Positions 1-10,084 of a DNA stretch of 64,000 nt are shown here, piece by piece. The notes beneath the pieces are model-generated. The model saw only the letters and a list, made by a program, of their open reading frames with translations. It was not told where the DNA came from and did no database searches. Source of the stretch: an uncultured bacterium (GTDB lineage Bacteria; Oederibacteriota; PGYV01; CAWJRG01); the NCBI GenBank assembly GCA_963845185.1, contig CAWJRG010000001.1:256001-320000 (forward strand). Reading direction: 5' to 3'. A program made the translations under genes and the position numbers. Position 1 is the first letter of the stretch, and each line of letters starts with the position of its first letter.

Positions 1-142
1 CCGGGATATATCTGTTTTTTTCAAGCAATTCAAGGGCTTTTATGCTTTTGCTGTATATATGTACCCTTTTCAATGAACTCAAATACCCTGCTTCTTTTAT
101 AAGCGTCCCGTCCCTGTCTATAAAAACTGCCTTATTTTTCAT
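1..142 (-). CDS. gmhB: HAD phosphatase, D,D-heptose 1,7-bisphosphate phosphatase-like (N-terminal part; runs off window)
   Basis: Manual translation from ATG at 142: MKNKAVFIDRDGTLIKEAGYL..., HAD motif DRDGT typical of GmhB/HisB-N; next to msbA. Confidence 0.75.
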   Translation of the reverse strand, partial: MKNKAVFIDRDGTLIKEAGYLSSLKRVHIYSKSIKALELLEKNRYIP

Positions 143-281
143 GCATTCCTCATCTAATATTATACAAAAATTTATTCTGCTTTACTCTTATATTGTGGCA
201 AGTGGTAAGTGGTATGAGATATTTAATAAATAAAATTTTAAATTTCCCATACCATATAGCACCTATCACATATCACAGTTT

Positions 282-2027
282 TCACTCATTCTTCGTCATA
301 TTAAACTGCATATCATAAAGTTTTTTATAAAGCCCTTTCTTCCTCATCAGCGACTTATGATTTCCACGCTGGACTATTTTTCCTTTCTCAACGACTATTA
401 TCTGGTCCGCGTGCCTTATTGTGGACAGCCTGTGCGCTATTACAAAAGTAGTCCTGTTTTTCATAAGGTTGTTTATTGCTTTCTGTACAAGTATCTCGGA
501 ATGGCTGTCGAGCGACGACGTGGCCTCGTCAAGTATAAGTATTGGAGGGTTTTTAAGAATAGCCCTTGCTATCGCCAGCCTCTGCCTCTGACCTCCGGAA
601 AGCCTCACTCCCCTATCGCCTATTAAAGTGTTGTATTTTTCCGGCATTTTTTTTATAAACTCGTGGGCATTTGCCGCCTTAGCCGCCTCTAACACATGGT
701 CTTCGTCCATGTCTTCATGCCCATAAGCAATATTGTTTTTTATCGTGTCGTTAAAAAGTATGGTCTCCTGTGTCACTATGCCTATCAGTTTGCGCAAAAA
801 CTCTATCTTTATTTTTTTTACATCATGCCCGTCTATTGTTATGCTGCCCGAATCAACATCGTAAAACCTAGGCAAAAGGTCTGCAATTGTGCTCTTGCCT
901 GCGCCTGACGGCCCTACAACCGCAAACACCTCTCCTTTTTTGATTTTAAAATTGATTTTGCCGAGCACCTCTATGCCTTTGATATACGAGTAACTGACGT
1001 TCTTAAAATCCACTTCTTTTTTGAATTCATCCATTGACACTGCGTGCGGGTCATCCTTTATATCCGGTCTTTTATCCAGTACTGAAAATATCCTCTCGGA
1101 TGCCGCAAGCGCCTGCATGATGGTGTTGTTCATATCGTTTATTTTTTTTATCTGCGGGTACAGCAATATCAGCCCGCCTATGAAAGCTAAAAATGTGCCG
1201 GCTGTCATATGCCCGTTCATGACCAGTCCGCCCACGTACCATACAATGACCGCTATTCCGACCGCGCCTATTGTTTCCATAACAGGCGACGACAGCGACG
1301 AATATCTAACTCCCCTCATTGTATAGTCAAAATATTTGCGGAGCTCAATAAGGAATCTGGAAGACTCATATTTTTCCATGCCAAATGCCTTCACAACCCT
1401 TATGCCGTTGAATGTCTCGTTCAGGACCGATGTAACTTCTCCCATCTTTTCCTGGGACAGCCTTGCTGACGATTTCATTTTTTTGGCGAATTGTGTTATG
1501 GGCAGAACCGCTATCGGGAAAACTATGATCGCTATAAGCGCGTGTCTCCAGTCCAGATAAAAAATAAGCCCGACAAGTCCTATAATATTCAACACACTGC
1601 CTATAAGGTTGCTCATCACATCAGATATCGCGCCCTGTACGTTTGTCACGTCGTTTGTAATGCGTGACTGCAGGACACCCATTCTCTCGTTGTTAAAAAA
1701 ACTCATGGAAAGCGATGTTATATGCCTGTAAAGCTGGTCCCTCATATCGACTATTATGCGGTTACCAACATACCTGACAAGGTAAATCTGGATGTAGGTG
1801 CAAATGCCTTTTGCAAAATATATTATAATTATGGCAAAAGGCAGGATCGCAAGCCAGTGGGCGGCTTCGGCCTTATTCGGGTTCGTAAAGATTTTATCAA
1901 AAACCGGCTTGACAATGTACATGGAAAGAGGCGTCAAAATAGCAGTAAAAAGCAGGAATATAAGCGCCAGAATGACCCTTTTCATATAAGGCTTTGTGTA
2001 TCTTAAAAGGCGGAAATATGTGTTCAT
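282..2027 (-). CDS. msbA: Lipid A export ABC transporter ATP-binding/permease
   Basis: TM domain plus NBD with GPSGAGKS, LSGGQRQR, ILILDEATS; LPS gene context. Confidence 0.8.
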   Translation of the reverse strand: MNTYFRLLRYTKPYMKRVILALIFLLFTAILTPLSMYIVKPVFDKIFTNPNKAEAAHWLAILPFAIIIIYFAKGICTYIQIYLVRYVGNRIIVDMRDQLYRHITSLSMSFFNNERMGVLQSRITNDVTNVQGAISDVMSNLIGSVLNIIGLVGLIFYLDWRHALIAIIVFPIAVLPITQFAKKMKSSARLSQEKMGEVTSVLNETFNGIRVVKAFGMEKYESSRFLIELRKYFDYTMRGVRYSSLSSPVMETIGAVGIAVIVWYVGGLVMNGHMTAGTFLAFIGGLILLYPQIKKINDMNNTIMQALAASERIFSVLDKRPDIKDDPHAVSMDEFKKEVDFKNVSYSYIKGIEVLGKINFKIKKGEVFAVVGPSGAGKSTIADLLPRFYDVDSGSITIDGHDVKKIKIEFLRKLIGIVTQETILFNDTIKNNIAYGHEDMDEDHVLEAAKAANAHEFIKKMPEKYNTLIGDRGVRLSGGQRQRLAIARAILKNPPILILDEATSSLDSHSEILVQKAINNLMKNRTTFVIAHRLSTIRHADQIIVVEKGKIVQRGNHKSLMRKKGLYKKLYDMQFNMTKNE

Positions 2028-2162
2028 AATGAGAGTATTTTAAATGATTTTTGCAGGCAGGTCAAGGACAATAAGGATTTTAGGTAAAAGCTTAAAATTT
2101 GCCAACACCATATCATTATTGTAATGGTTTGCTAATTCCCCTAAAACCGTTCCTGTTATGCT

Positions 2163-3068
2163 TTACCTAATAAATTGAGCGATAATAAGTGCAAGCCCTG
2201 TTATCAAATGCGCAACAATAGTCATAACGCATGCAGGAGCAAGCTGCAAAGGATTGTCAAAATTTTTGTCGAGCAATGTTATTGCTTTTAAAGAAGGCAA
2301 AAGCCCCAGCAAACTCAAAAGCGACCAGACCGGGATAGCACGCAGGATTACCGCTGTCACGATTATTGCGTACGCAATAAAAACAATTACAGCATGAAAA
2401 ATGCTGCCGTTTTTCCTGCCAAGCCTGACCACCAAATTCCTTTTTCCGGTTTCTTTGTCAGCCTCATAATCAGGAAACTGGTTTATGTCCACTATCGCAG
2501 AGGCAAGCAGCCCTACGGGGATTGACGCAAGCAGCGAGCCAAAGCTTGCATTGCCAGCGAATGCATAATACGCGCCTGTAACCATTATGGGCCCAAACCC
2601 CAGGAAAATAAAAAACTCCCCAAGCCCCCTGTGCGCCAATTTAAGTGGCGGAGCCGTATAAAATACCCCGGCAAACAAAGACAAGCCGAGCAAAAACAAA
2701 AGATACATGCCCTTAAAATATGAAACAATGCATAGTAAAACGCTCCCGAGCAAAAAAAGTACGACTGCTTCGCCAAGCACAGCCTTTGGTGCCAGGACGC
2801 CTGACTGTATGAGCCGCGACCCGCCGGTAAAAGGAAAAATAAACTGCTTGTTTATCCTGTCTGTGCCGTTGATATCGTCAAAGTAATCATTAAGAACATT
2901 TGTAGCCAGGTGCAGGAAAATAAAACCTGCGAGCACAGCCGAAAATATTGCTCCGTTAAATTTAGCGCCGGTTTTAATTGCCATTTCACTCCCCAGCAGC
3001 ACCGGTATTATTGTAACAGTCAAAAAAGGCGCCCTTGTTTCAAGCATCAAAGCCTTAATCTTGTTCAT
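2163..3068 (-). CDS. menA: UbiA-family prenyltransferase, MenA-like
   Basis: NVLNDYFDD and NQFPDYEADKETGKRNL motifs; likely start MNKIKAL at 3068 after AGGAG; the longer ORF extension is repeat-derived. Confidence 0.75.
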   Translation of the reverse strand: MNKIKALMLETRAPFLTVTIIPVLLGSEMAIKTGAKFNGAIFSAVLAGFIFLHLATNVLNDYFDDINGTDRINKQFIFPFTGGSRLIQSGVLAPKAVLGEAVVLFLLGSVLLCIVSYFKGMYLLFLLGLSLFAGVFYTAPPLKLAHRGLGEFFIFLGFGPIMVTGAYYAFAGNASFGSLLASIPVGLLASAIVDINQFPDYEADKETGKRNLVVRLGRKNGSIFHAVIVFIAYAIIVTAVILRAIPVWSLLSLLGLLPSLKAITLLDKNFDNPLQLAPACVMTIVAHLITGLALIIAQFIR

Positions 3069-3079
3069 CGTAATCTCCT

Positions 3080-3199
3080 GTGGAACCTCGCCGGCAGGAA
3101 TCGGCGGCTCCTTTAAAAACCACCGGAGGTTTATTGTAAGTTCCCTCCGGAAAGGTATAATGCATCCCTCCAACCAGAGTTGGGGGATTTCTTTCCGGA
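3080..3199 (-). mobile_element. Non-autonomous IS200/IS605-type palindromic element (PATE/MITE-like), copy 1, 120 bp
   Basis: Homologous to 14177-14395 and 45642-45759; subterminal hairpins; on minus strand follows TTAA and ends in CCAC; no target duplication. Confidence 0.75.
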
Positions 3200-3266
3200 T
3201 TAATTTTCATTCGTTGATTGCTCCCACTATCGGATTTTGTATGTGAAAACTTTAAACTTAACGCAG

Positions 3267-3953
3267 TCAGTTTGCGCTCTTTTCTATCCTGCCGTCGCTT
3301 AAAACAACCGTTCTTTTCGCCTGCTCCATTACCCGCTGGTCGTGGGTAGAGAATATAAAAGTCGCGCCGTGCTCCTCGCTCATGCGCTTCATAATTTTTA
3401 AAATATTCATGCCGTTTGCCTTGTCCAGATTCGCAGTAGGCTCGTCAGCGAGTACGAGCTTCGGGTTTGTGACAAGCGCCCTTGCTACAGCTATCCTCTG
3501 CCTCTGCCCGCCTGAAAGCTCGTCAGGTTTGTGCTTTATGAATTCCTCCAGCGCCACATCTGTTATTAACTCATTAACCCTTTCTTCCCTTTCAGCTTTT
3601 GGAACCCCTTGTATGATAAGCGGGAATTCAATGTTTTCATAAACGTTCAGTACGGGTATCAGGTTAAATGTCTGGAAAATGAACCCTATGTTGTCCCTGC
3701 GCATCAGCGTGGCGTCCCTGTCGGATATATGTGAAATATTGTATTTTTCAAACAGGGTTATTTCACCTGATGTAGGCGAATCAAGGCATCCAATGAGGTT
3801 CAGGAACGTGGTCTTACCTGACCCTGACGGCCCTACTACGCATAAAAACTCGCCCTGTTTCACATCAAGATCCACACCTTTAAGCGCCTCAACTTTTGTC
3901 TTGCCCAGTATATAGTCTTTCTTTACATTCCTTGCTGAAATAATATTTTCCAT
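3267..3953 (-). CDS. ABC transporter ATP-binding protein (LolD/MacB-like)
   Basis: GPSGSGKT, LSGGQRQR, LADEPTANLD. Confidence 0.9.
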   Translation of the reverse strand: MENIISARNVKKDYILGKTKVEALKGVDLDVKQGEFLCVVGPSGSGKTTFLNLIGCLDSPTSGEITLFEKYNISHISDRDATLMRRDNIGFIFQTFNLIPVLNVYENIEFPLIIQGVPKAEREERVNELITDVALEEFIKHKPDELSGGQRQRIAVARALVTNPKLVLADEPTANLDKANGMNILKIMKRMSEEHGATFIFSTHDQRVMEQAKRTVVLSDGRIEKSAN

Positions 3954-4057
3954 TAGCGTTCTCCTTTATTAATGATTTCTAATTTCTAGTTGCATTATCT
4001 GTCACCTATCACCAATCATCTTTCTCTTACTCTTACCCCTTACCACTTTCCCCTGTC

Positions 4058-5245
4058 TTAAAGGTACGCCCTTAATCTTAACTCCAGATAATTATATATT
4101 GGTATTCCTGTCTGCCCTTCGCCGCTGCGGCTGGTCGTGCAGTTCTGCAGATAACCCAGCAGGATGTCAAATCCCTGATTCTCAAGCCAAATAATTTGAG
4201 GATAGACCAATGCCATGCCATCGTCCATACCATATATGCCTGTGATTGCAAGGGTCAGCTTGTCGTTCCAGTTATATGAAAAGCTCATCATCCCGTAATC
4301 TTTTTTTATTACGAGCTGCGAAAGCCCGAGTATCGAAGGCGTCGTCTGTGCCATACTGTACATCCTGTCATATTCAGTATTATCCACCCCCCAGTTGTTC
4401 CTGAAGTACTCGATGTATAAAAACGTATCCTGGGTAATCTGTTTCTGTACCCCTGCAAGCCAGTTGTACTGTATAGTTGCCCCGTTATCCAGTCCCATAT
4501 TTGTCCTTATGTTGTCGGCAGTGTTTATATACCGCACAGCTGCACCCTCGAGGTTAAGTATTGCCGGCCCGAAATCCCATGATATTGCGCTGCCTATTGT
4601 CTGCAGGGTCTGGTACTGGTATATGGAATTCAGGAAAAAGTCGGCTGTGCCGATGAGCTTATAAAGCTGCAACGCAAAGCGATAGTTCTGCGCAACAGGC
4701 GTGTTTAAAGCCTGTGTGTCCGGGGATATAATCAGCGAAGGCGTTATAAAGTCATTTGAATACTCGGCGCGGAGGGCGTAAATCCCTTCCAGGTACCTGC
4801 CCGGCTCTAAAAGGTCTTTTGTTGGCTGCAGAAGGTCGGTTGGGTTCCATGAGTACCCTGTGCCCCATTTTATTCTCTGCTTACCGGTATAAAGCACAAA
4901 GCTGTCGTTAGTATAAGAAAAATAAGCATTATCAATGACATAACCTATACTTTCCACTCCCGGGCTTATATAAAACCTGCTGTCAAAAACGAATTTTACG
5001 TTTGATAATTCCTGGTTCAGTTTCAAGGTTATTTGTTCAAAAGCCTGCGTGCTTGACTGGCTCAACTGCAATGCCTGCGGCACTGATGCCGGGGCAGACT
5101 GCATCAGTGACAGTTCCTCTGACAGCGCCTGATTTTTTATGTAGTTGTAGTACAGCGCGTCCGTCTCAAGGTCTACGTTATAGTCAAGGGCAAGCGCTAA
5201 ACTCGAGAGCAAAACTGTTGCAGTTATAATTAAAATTTTTTTCAT
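4058..5245 (-). CDS. Putative outer-membrane beta-barrel protein of the ABC locus
   Basis: Signal peptide, GKQRIKWGTG motif, C-terminal LELRLRAYL beta signal. Confidence 0.6.
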   Translation of the reverse strand: MKKILIITATVLLSSLALALDYNVDLETDALYYNYIKNQALSEELSLMQSAPASVPQALQLSQSSTQAFEQITLKLNQELSNVKFVFDSRFYISPGVESIGYVIDNAYFSYTNDSFVLYTGKQRIKWGTGYSWNPTDLLQPTKDLLEPGRYLEGIYALRAEYSNDFITPSLIISPDTQALNTPVAQNYRFALQLYKLIGTADFFLNSIYQYQTLQTIGSAISWDFGPAILNLEGAAVRYINTADNIRTNMGLDNGATIQYNWLAGVQKQITQDTFLYIEYFRNNWGVDNTEYDRMYSMAQTTPSILGLSQLVIKKDYGMMSFSYNWNDKLTLAITGIYGMDDGMALVYPQIIWLENQGFDILLGYLQNCTTSRSGEGQTGIPIYNYLELRLRAYL

Positions 5246-5350
5246 ATTTTAGCCTCTTCCTTTATTTGTGTTGAGTGCTGCGTACTGCGTGCCACGGAAT
5301 AACAAAAACGTTCTTCCATCGCACATCGCACGTCACACTTAGCACGCTGC

Positions 5351-6166
5351 TCATCTTCCCATCTGGCTCTGGTCAAAAAGATAATCCGGCAGGCTATCCT
5401 GCTTTACAAGCGTTTCCATTATAACTTCGGTATACGACCCCTTTTCAAGCAGGTCTTCCATTTTCATATGTGAGGGCCTCATGACGCCGTTAAACTCCTT
5501 CAGTTCGGTAAAGTACATTTTTTTTATCGCCTTGCCCGAAAGCCCGTAGTAAGTCGCCTCCGTAGGTATCATTTTTTCCTTATCGACCCAGAAATCAATG
5601 AAAGCATAAGCCACGTCTTCCCTTTTAGCGCTCAGCCTGAGCAGCACAAGGTTCCCTTTCTCGTCAATAATATCCGGGTCATAGTCGTCCACCATTTTTG
5701 AGCTCATAAGGTCCTCGTTTGAGAATGTCGTGCCCATGAAGCTCTGCTTTCTCGTAAGCCTTATCGGCCTAGACACTTCCGGCATGTACATCCATAAATT
5801 ATCCTTTGTCATGAGTATTTTTTTGCCTTTTTCCCTCGGCGGCCCGGCAATCTTTAACAACGCCGTTGTGTTGTTTTTCGAATATATCTCATAATCGTAT
5901 TCCAGCGGCTCCCTGCCGTTCCTGTATGTCGTCATTTTCAGCGTGCCCTTGAAAATCGGCGGGTACATGGACTCGTCTGTCTTTTTCAATATCTTGTCCG
6001 CAAGCTCCTTTGCCTCTGCCTTGGTCATCTTTGTCTTCTTGACTGCCGCAGGCGCCGGCTTAGCCGTGGCTGTCGTTGTGACCTCCACAGCCGTTATTGT
6101 TGTGTCTTCTGCAAATAAAACTGCCGCAGCCATAATTATAAAAGCCAGCATTATTAATCTTTTCAT
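5351..6166 (-). CDS. Outer membrane lipoprotein-sorting protein (LolA-like)
   Basis: Signal peptide; LWMYMP...RPIRL...SFMGTTFSNEDL family motif. Confidence 0.8.
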   Translation of the reverse strand: MKRLIMLAFIIMAAAVLFAEDTTITAVEVTTTATAKPAPAAVKKTKMTKAEAKELADKILKKTDESMYPPIFKGTLKMTTYRNGREPLEYDYEIYSKNNTTALLKIAGPPREKGKKILMTKDNLWMYMPEVSRPIRLTRKQSFMGTTFSNEDLMSSKMVDDYDPDIIDEKGNLVLLRLSAKREDVAYAFIDFWVDKEKMIPTEATYYGLSGKAIKKMYFTELKEFNGVMRPSHMKMEDLLEKGSYTEVIMETLVKQDSLPDYLFDQSQMGR

Positions 6167-6229
6167 TTTAGTTCTCCTTTTCTTTTGTCATTTAATATCT
6201 GCTATCTCATATCCAATATCTAATATGCC

Positions 6230-7471
6230 TTATTTAACTCCACGCTTCAGCGCGTCCACTATCTTTGTCTCTGCCGCCATATTCGCTGGAAAATATGCGC
6301 CGAATATTCCGGCGATTATGCATATTACCCCTGCCATTATCCATATTATAGGGCTATTTGCCGCTTTCATATGAAAATCCATGGGCACGCTCAGGGCCGC
6401 TGTTATCTTCGGGTCTATGTAAATGCCGTGCGTTACCATGTAATACATCATCGGAGCGGAAACAATATACCCGATTATCACGCCGAATATGCCCAGCAAA
6501 ATGCCCTCGGTTATGAATATGCCCCGTATCTGCCCCTTTTCCAGTCCCATGGCGCGCAGCGTGCCTATTTCAGGAATGCGCTCATATACGGTCATGGTTA
6601 TGGTATTGGTAATAATAAAGAAAGCCAGAAACAGCAGCACTGCGGCAAATACAGCAAAAGTCGTGTATTTCATCCTGACAGTATCTATGATCTCAGGCGC
6701 TTCTTCTTTCCAGTCAAGCGCCTCAAGCCCAGGGAACTGGCTCGCAAGGACGCCCTTAATATATTTTGTTGCCTGCGGCACGCTTCCCATATCTTTCAAT
6801 TTTATTATTATCTCTGTCGCATGACCTTTCATGTCAAAAAACCTTTGGGCAAAAGCATAAGGGATAAACACATTCATTTTTTCCATATTGTCGAAACCCA
6901 CGCTGTATATGCCTTTTACATCTACGTCTTCCAGGTTGTTGGCGTTATACACGGTCTGGGAATAAAGCAGCAGGTTTTCATTTCCCGACAGCTTCATTAT
7001 CTCCGCGAGTTTTTTTCCTACAAGCACTTCTGCGCCGCTTCCAAGCCCGGAACCGTTTATCCTGTCATACGCTGTAAGTATTTTTTTTTCCATGTCCATG
7101 TCAATGCCGTTTATTATCACGTTCATTTTCCTATTCGTATCGCTTATTATCCCCGGGTGTATTATACGCGGGCTTGCGGCCACAAAACCCGGAGCTCCCT
7201 TTATAGCTTCTATCACTTTTTTCGGGTCAGCGATATTTATATCAAGCGGCAGGGTGCGCTTCTCGTCCGTATAGCCTTTCGCGTATATTTTTATGTGGCC
7301 TATGCGCAGGTCTATCATCTTGTTTATCATGCTGTCGAGCTGGCCCTGCTGCATACCGAATCCTACGAGTATCACGAGTACATTCAGCGCGAAGGTGAGT
7401 ATGTTCAGCGTGGAGCGCCTTTTATTCTTGAATACGTTCCTCAAAGCGATAAAAAATACTTTATTGTTCAT
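6230..7471 (-). CDS. FtsX-like (LolC/E-type) ABC permease
   Basis: ALRNVFKNKRRS start, ERIPEIGTLRAMG motif, 4 TM layout. Confidence 0.85.
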   Translation of the reverse strand: MNNKVFFIALRNVFKNKRRSTLNILTFALNVLVILVGFGMQQGQLDSMINKMIDLRIGHIKIYAKGYTDEKRTLPLDINIADPKKVIEAIKGAPGFVAASPRIIHPGIISDTNRKMNVIINGIDMDMEKKILTAYDRINGSGLGSGAEVLVGKKLAEIMKLSGNENLLLYSQTVYNANNLEDVDVKGIYSVGFDNMEKMNVFIPYAFAQRFFDMKGHATEIIIKLKDMGSVPQATKYIKGVLASQFPGLEALDWKEEAPEIIDTVRMKYTTFAVFAAVLLFLAFFIITNTITMTVYERIPEIGTLRAMGLEKGQIRGIFITEGILLGIFGVIIGYIVSAPMMYYMVTHGIYIDPKITAALSVPMDFHMKAANSPIIWIMAGVICIIAGIFGAYFPANMAAETKIVDALKRGVK

Positions 7472-8706
7472 TCCAGTACCCTCATTATGTCCGACGGCTT
7501 TTTGACCGCAGCCAGCACCGCTGGATAGAGTGAAGCGACGACCGATATGAGTACGCCGGTAAATAGTATTACAACAAGCGAGGCAGGCACCAGTATGAAC
7601 CCCAGTGTGGCATCCATCGCGCCCATGCCCGAGCCCTCCATAAGCTTCATTATATTCTGGAAGTTAAAGGGATTTGCTTCCAGGTATTTCACCACCATTG
7701 TGCCGGGTATTATTCCGGCTATTGTCCCTGTTACGCCGAGCATGAAGGACTCGGTTAAAATCATTCCGAATATCTGCCATTTTCCGACGCCCATTGCCCT
7801 GAGCACGCCGAACTCCTGCATCCTGTTCATGATGTTCATCAGGAAAGAGTTCAATATTCCCAGCGACGCGGCGAATATAATTATTATTGAAAGTATCAAT
7901 ATTGCCACATCTACTATTTTCAAATAAGAAACTACGAAAGCCTGCCCCACCTGCCATGGCACTGCTATGGCGTCTGTTGGGAGCATTTTCTGGATTATAC
8001 CGGCTTTTATATGCGCTTCTACAGGGTCTTCTATGTTTACGGTTATCTCGGTCACTTTTCCCTCGAGCGCGAGCAGCTTTTGCGCCAGCGGCAGGCTGCA
8101 TACCACGAGGCTCTCGTCCTCAATGGAGCTGTTTGTTTTTGACAGGCCTACGAGCCTTCCCTCGGCCGCGTTTATCCCGCCATACTGGTCCACGCTGAGT
8201 AAAATGATGCTGTCGCCCAGCTTCACATGCAGGGATTTTGCCGCCTTGTACCCCAGCACTATGTCCTTTTCGCTTTGTATAAAATGCCCCTCGACCATCA
8301 TTTTTTCCCTGTGCTCATAGTTTTTTTCCACGTCGTGCGGGTCAACAGCCTTTACTATACACTCGATATTTTCCGTGACAGAGTTCGCGATAGCCCCGAA
8401 ATTCATTTCCGGTATGACATTCTCCACGCTTGGCACAGCCTTAAGCTTATCAAGCATTTTGGTGTCATAAAGCATATTGAACTCGGTCCTGGAAAAATCG
8501 AGTTCCTTGTAATAATTGGCATTGTAAATCTTGATATGCCCCGCTGCCTTCAGAAAGTCATTGATGATTTTCGACTTAAACCCGTCAATGAACCCGACCC
8601 CGAACTCCATCAGGAACACGCAGACAAAAACTACAATAAGTATGGTTAACGACGTCCGCCTGTTCTTTATCAAATTTCCGAAAGCTATCTTTAAAAATAT
8701 TGGCAT
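7468..8706 (-). CDS. FtsX-like (LolC/E-type) ABC permease
   Basis: NLIKNRRTS start, RMQEFGVLRAMG motif. Confidence 0.85.
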   Translation of the reverse strand: MPIFLKIAFGNLIKNRRTSLTILIVVFVCVFLMEFGVGFIDGFKSKIINDFLKAAGHIKIYNANYYKELDFSRTEFNMLYDTKMLDKLKAVPSVENVIPEMNFGAIANSVTENIECIVKAVDPHDVEKNYEHREKMMVEGHFIQSEKDIVLGYKAAKSLHVKLGDSIILLSVDQYGGINAAEGRLVGLSKTNSSIEDESLVVCSLPLAQKLLALEGKVTEITVNIEDPVEAHIKAGIIQKMLPTDAIAVPWQVGQAFVVSYLKIVDVAILILSIIIIFAASLGILNSFLMNIMNRMQEFGVLRAMGVGKWQIFGMILTESFMLGVTGTIAGIIPGTMVVKYLEANPFNFQNIMKLMEGSGMGAMDATLGFILVPASLVVILFTGVLISVVASLYPAVLAAVKKPSDIMRVLE

Positions 8707-8773
8707 GTCTTTTCACCTCATCAATTCTGCATCTCTTTTCCTTAGCACATCCCACATAGCGCGCAGTACGTTT

Positions 8774-9427
8774 TTATTTATATATTCCGTTCTTAAGTAT
8801 TTTCTTAACAAGTACCAGATTTGTGTTGTACATTTTCTTTATTTCCTTTGCTGTAGTTTCGCTGTTTATTTTTGACATCACTTCTGTATCCAGCGCCGTG
8901 TCTATCCACATGAATAGTTTTACAAGTTCCCGCTTGCTCAGCGAGTATTTTGACATGTCAACGCCTTTCGAAATCGTTAGCAGCAGAGGCATCATGTACG
9001 GCTCCCACTCTTTCCTCAACTTCATAAGTATGTCCCCGCCGCGATCCGAAAGCATTGTTTTAAAAAGTTTAAACATCTGCAAATCCTCGCCAAAATGGTC
9101 ATACATATGCTCTATCATATGCAGGTAAAGGTCAACGGCATCTTCTGTTTTGCCCGGCAGGTTTTCAATTATATGCTGTATAAAGCTTCCAAACATTTTT
9201 TCTGCAAGAGCGAGGAACAGTTTTTCTTTCGTGCCGAAATATTTAAAGATGGCGCCCTTTGACACGCCTGCTTTTTTGGCTATACGGTTGGTTGACGCCA
9301 TTTCATATCCGGTATCGGCAAATTCGTCAACAGCTGCCTTAATTATTTTTTCCCGTTTTTTTGGCTTTATGCGGTCAAAAGCGTTCTTTTTATTAAGTAC
9401 TTTATTAATATCGAGTTTTCCGCTCAT
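8774..9427 (-). CDS. TetR/AcrR family transcriptional regulator
   Basis: HTH GYEMASTNRIAKKAGVSKGAIFKYFGTKE. Confidence 0.9.
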   Translation of the reverse strand: MSGKLDINKVLNKKNAFDRIKPKKREKIIKAAVDEFADTGYEMASTNRIAKKAGVSKGAIFKYFGTKEKLFLALAEKMFGSFIQHIIENLPGKTEDAVDLYLHMIEHMYDHFGEDLQMFKLFKTMLSDRGGDILMKLRKEWEPYMMPLLLTISKGVDMSKYSLSKRELVKLFMWIDTALDTEVMSKINSETTAKEIKKMYNTNLVLVKKILKNGIYK

Positions 9428-9852
9428 TTATTTTTCGTCCTTTGTCCGGCAAAATACTCCATTTTTACGGACACTAAAAGCAGCCATAAAAATATTAGGG
9501 TAACTAATACTCCCGTAATTCCGTTGAATAATTCCTCTTTAAACATCCTGATTGCATCGGCTGCCCCGTTTAAAACGAAAAAAACCATTGCAGTATATAT
9601 TGCCCACTTTTGCCTTTTTATCATGCCTACTCCAACAACAAATAACGCGGCCGAAAGCGTCAATAAAATCGGTGCTACCATCTGTCCGTAATAGTGTATT
9701 TTTGCGGCCGCACCCTTTCTCAGCTTCCATATTGCGTCAAGTGGTGTCCCTGGAACATATATAGTGAAACTCACGAGCAGACACATTGCTACCGCAAAAA
9801 ATAAAAATACTGTAACAATCAGGCTTTCGTAAGGCATTTTTTGCTTTTCCAT
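9424..9852 (-). CDS. Hypothetical membrane protein (about 4 TM)
   Basis: Hydrophobic ORF overlapping tetR start (ATGA coupling). Confidence 0.6.
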   Translation of the reverse strand: MEKQKMPYESLIVTVFLFFAVAMCLLVSFTIYVPGTPLDAIWKLRKGAAAKIHYYGQMVAPILLTLSAALFVVGVGMIKRQKWAIYTAMVFFVLNGAADAIRMFKEELFNGITGVLVTLIFLWLLLVSVKMEYFAGQRTKNK

Positions 9853-9935
9853 TATTTACCTTTCTCCCCCTTTAACAAAGGGGGCCAGGGGGTTTTTACT
9901 TTTCTACGTTAATTCCAAATCCAAAATCCGTAATC

Positions 9936-10017
9936 AAAAATGACCTACTGGTCATTTTTGTAGATTTATACACAATTGAATTGTATTTGTCAAGCAAATA
10001 ATGACCGCATGGTCATT
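9936..10017 (-). promoter_or_regulatory. Sigma-70 promoter bracketed by two TetR-type operators ATGACC-N4-GGTCAT
   Basis: Palindromes at 9936-9959 and 10000-10017; minus-strand TTGACA (9988-9993) 17 bp from TATAAA (9965-9970). Confidence 0.7.
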
Positions 10018-10084
10018 TTTTTAAAAAAATTATAGTATTTCAATACAAGCCAAGGTCGGAGCACTATAGTCGAAGGAATATAGA

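Noticed and set aside
3069..3173. N-terminal extension of the menA ORF (and similarly 45642-45698 of the M50-like ORF)
   Set aside because: Both extensions are translations of the repeated element; better starts exist at 3068 and 45641
6371..7528. 385-aa plus-strand ORF
   Set aside because: Antisense shadow of the FtsX permease with no recognisable motifs
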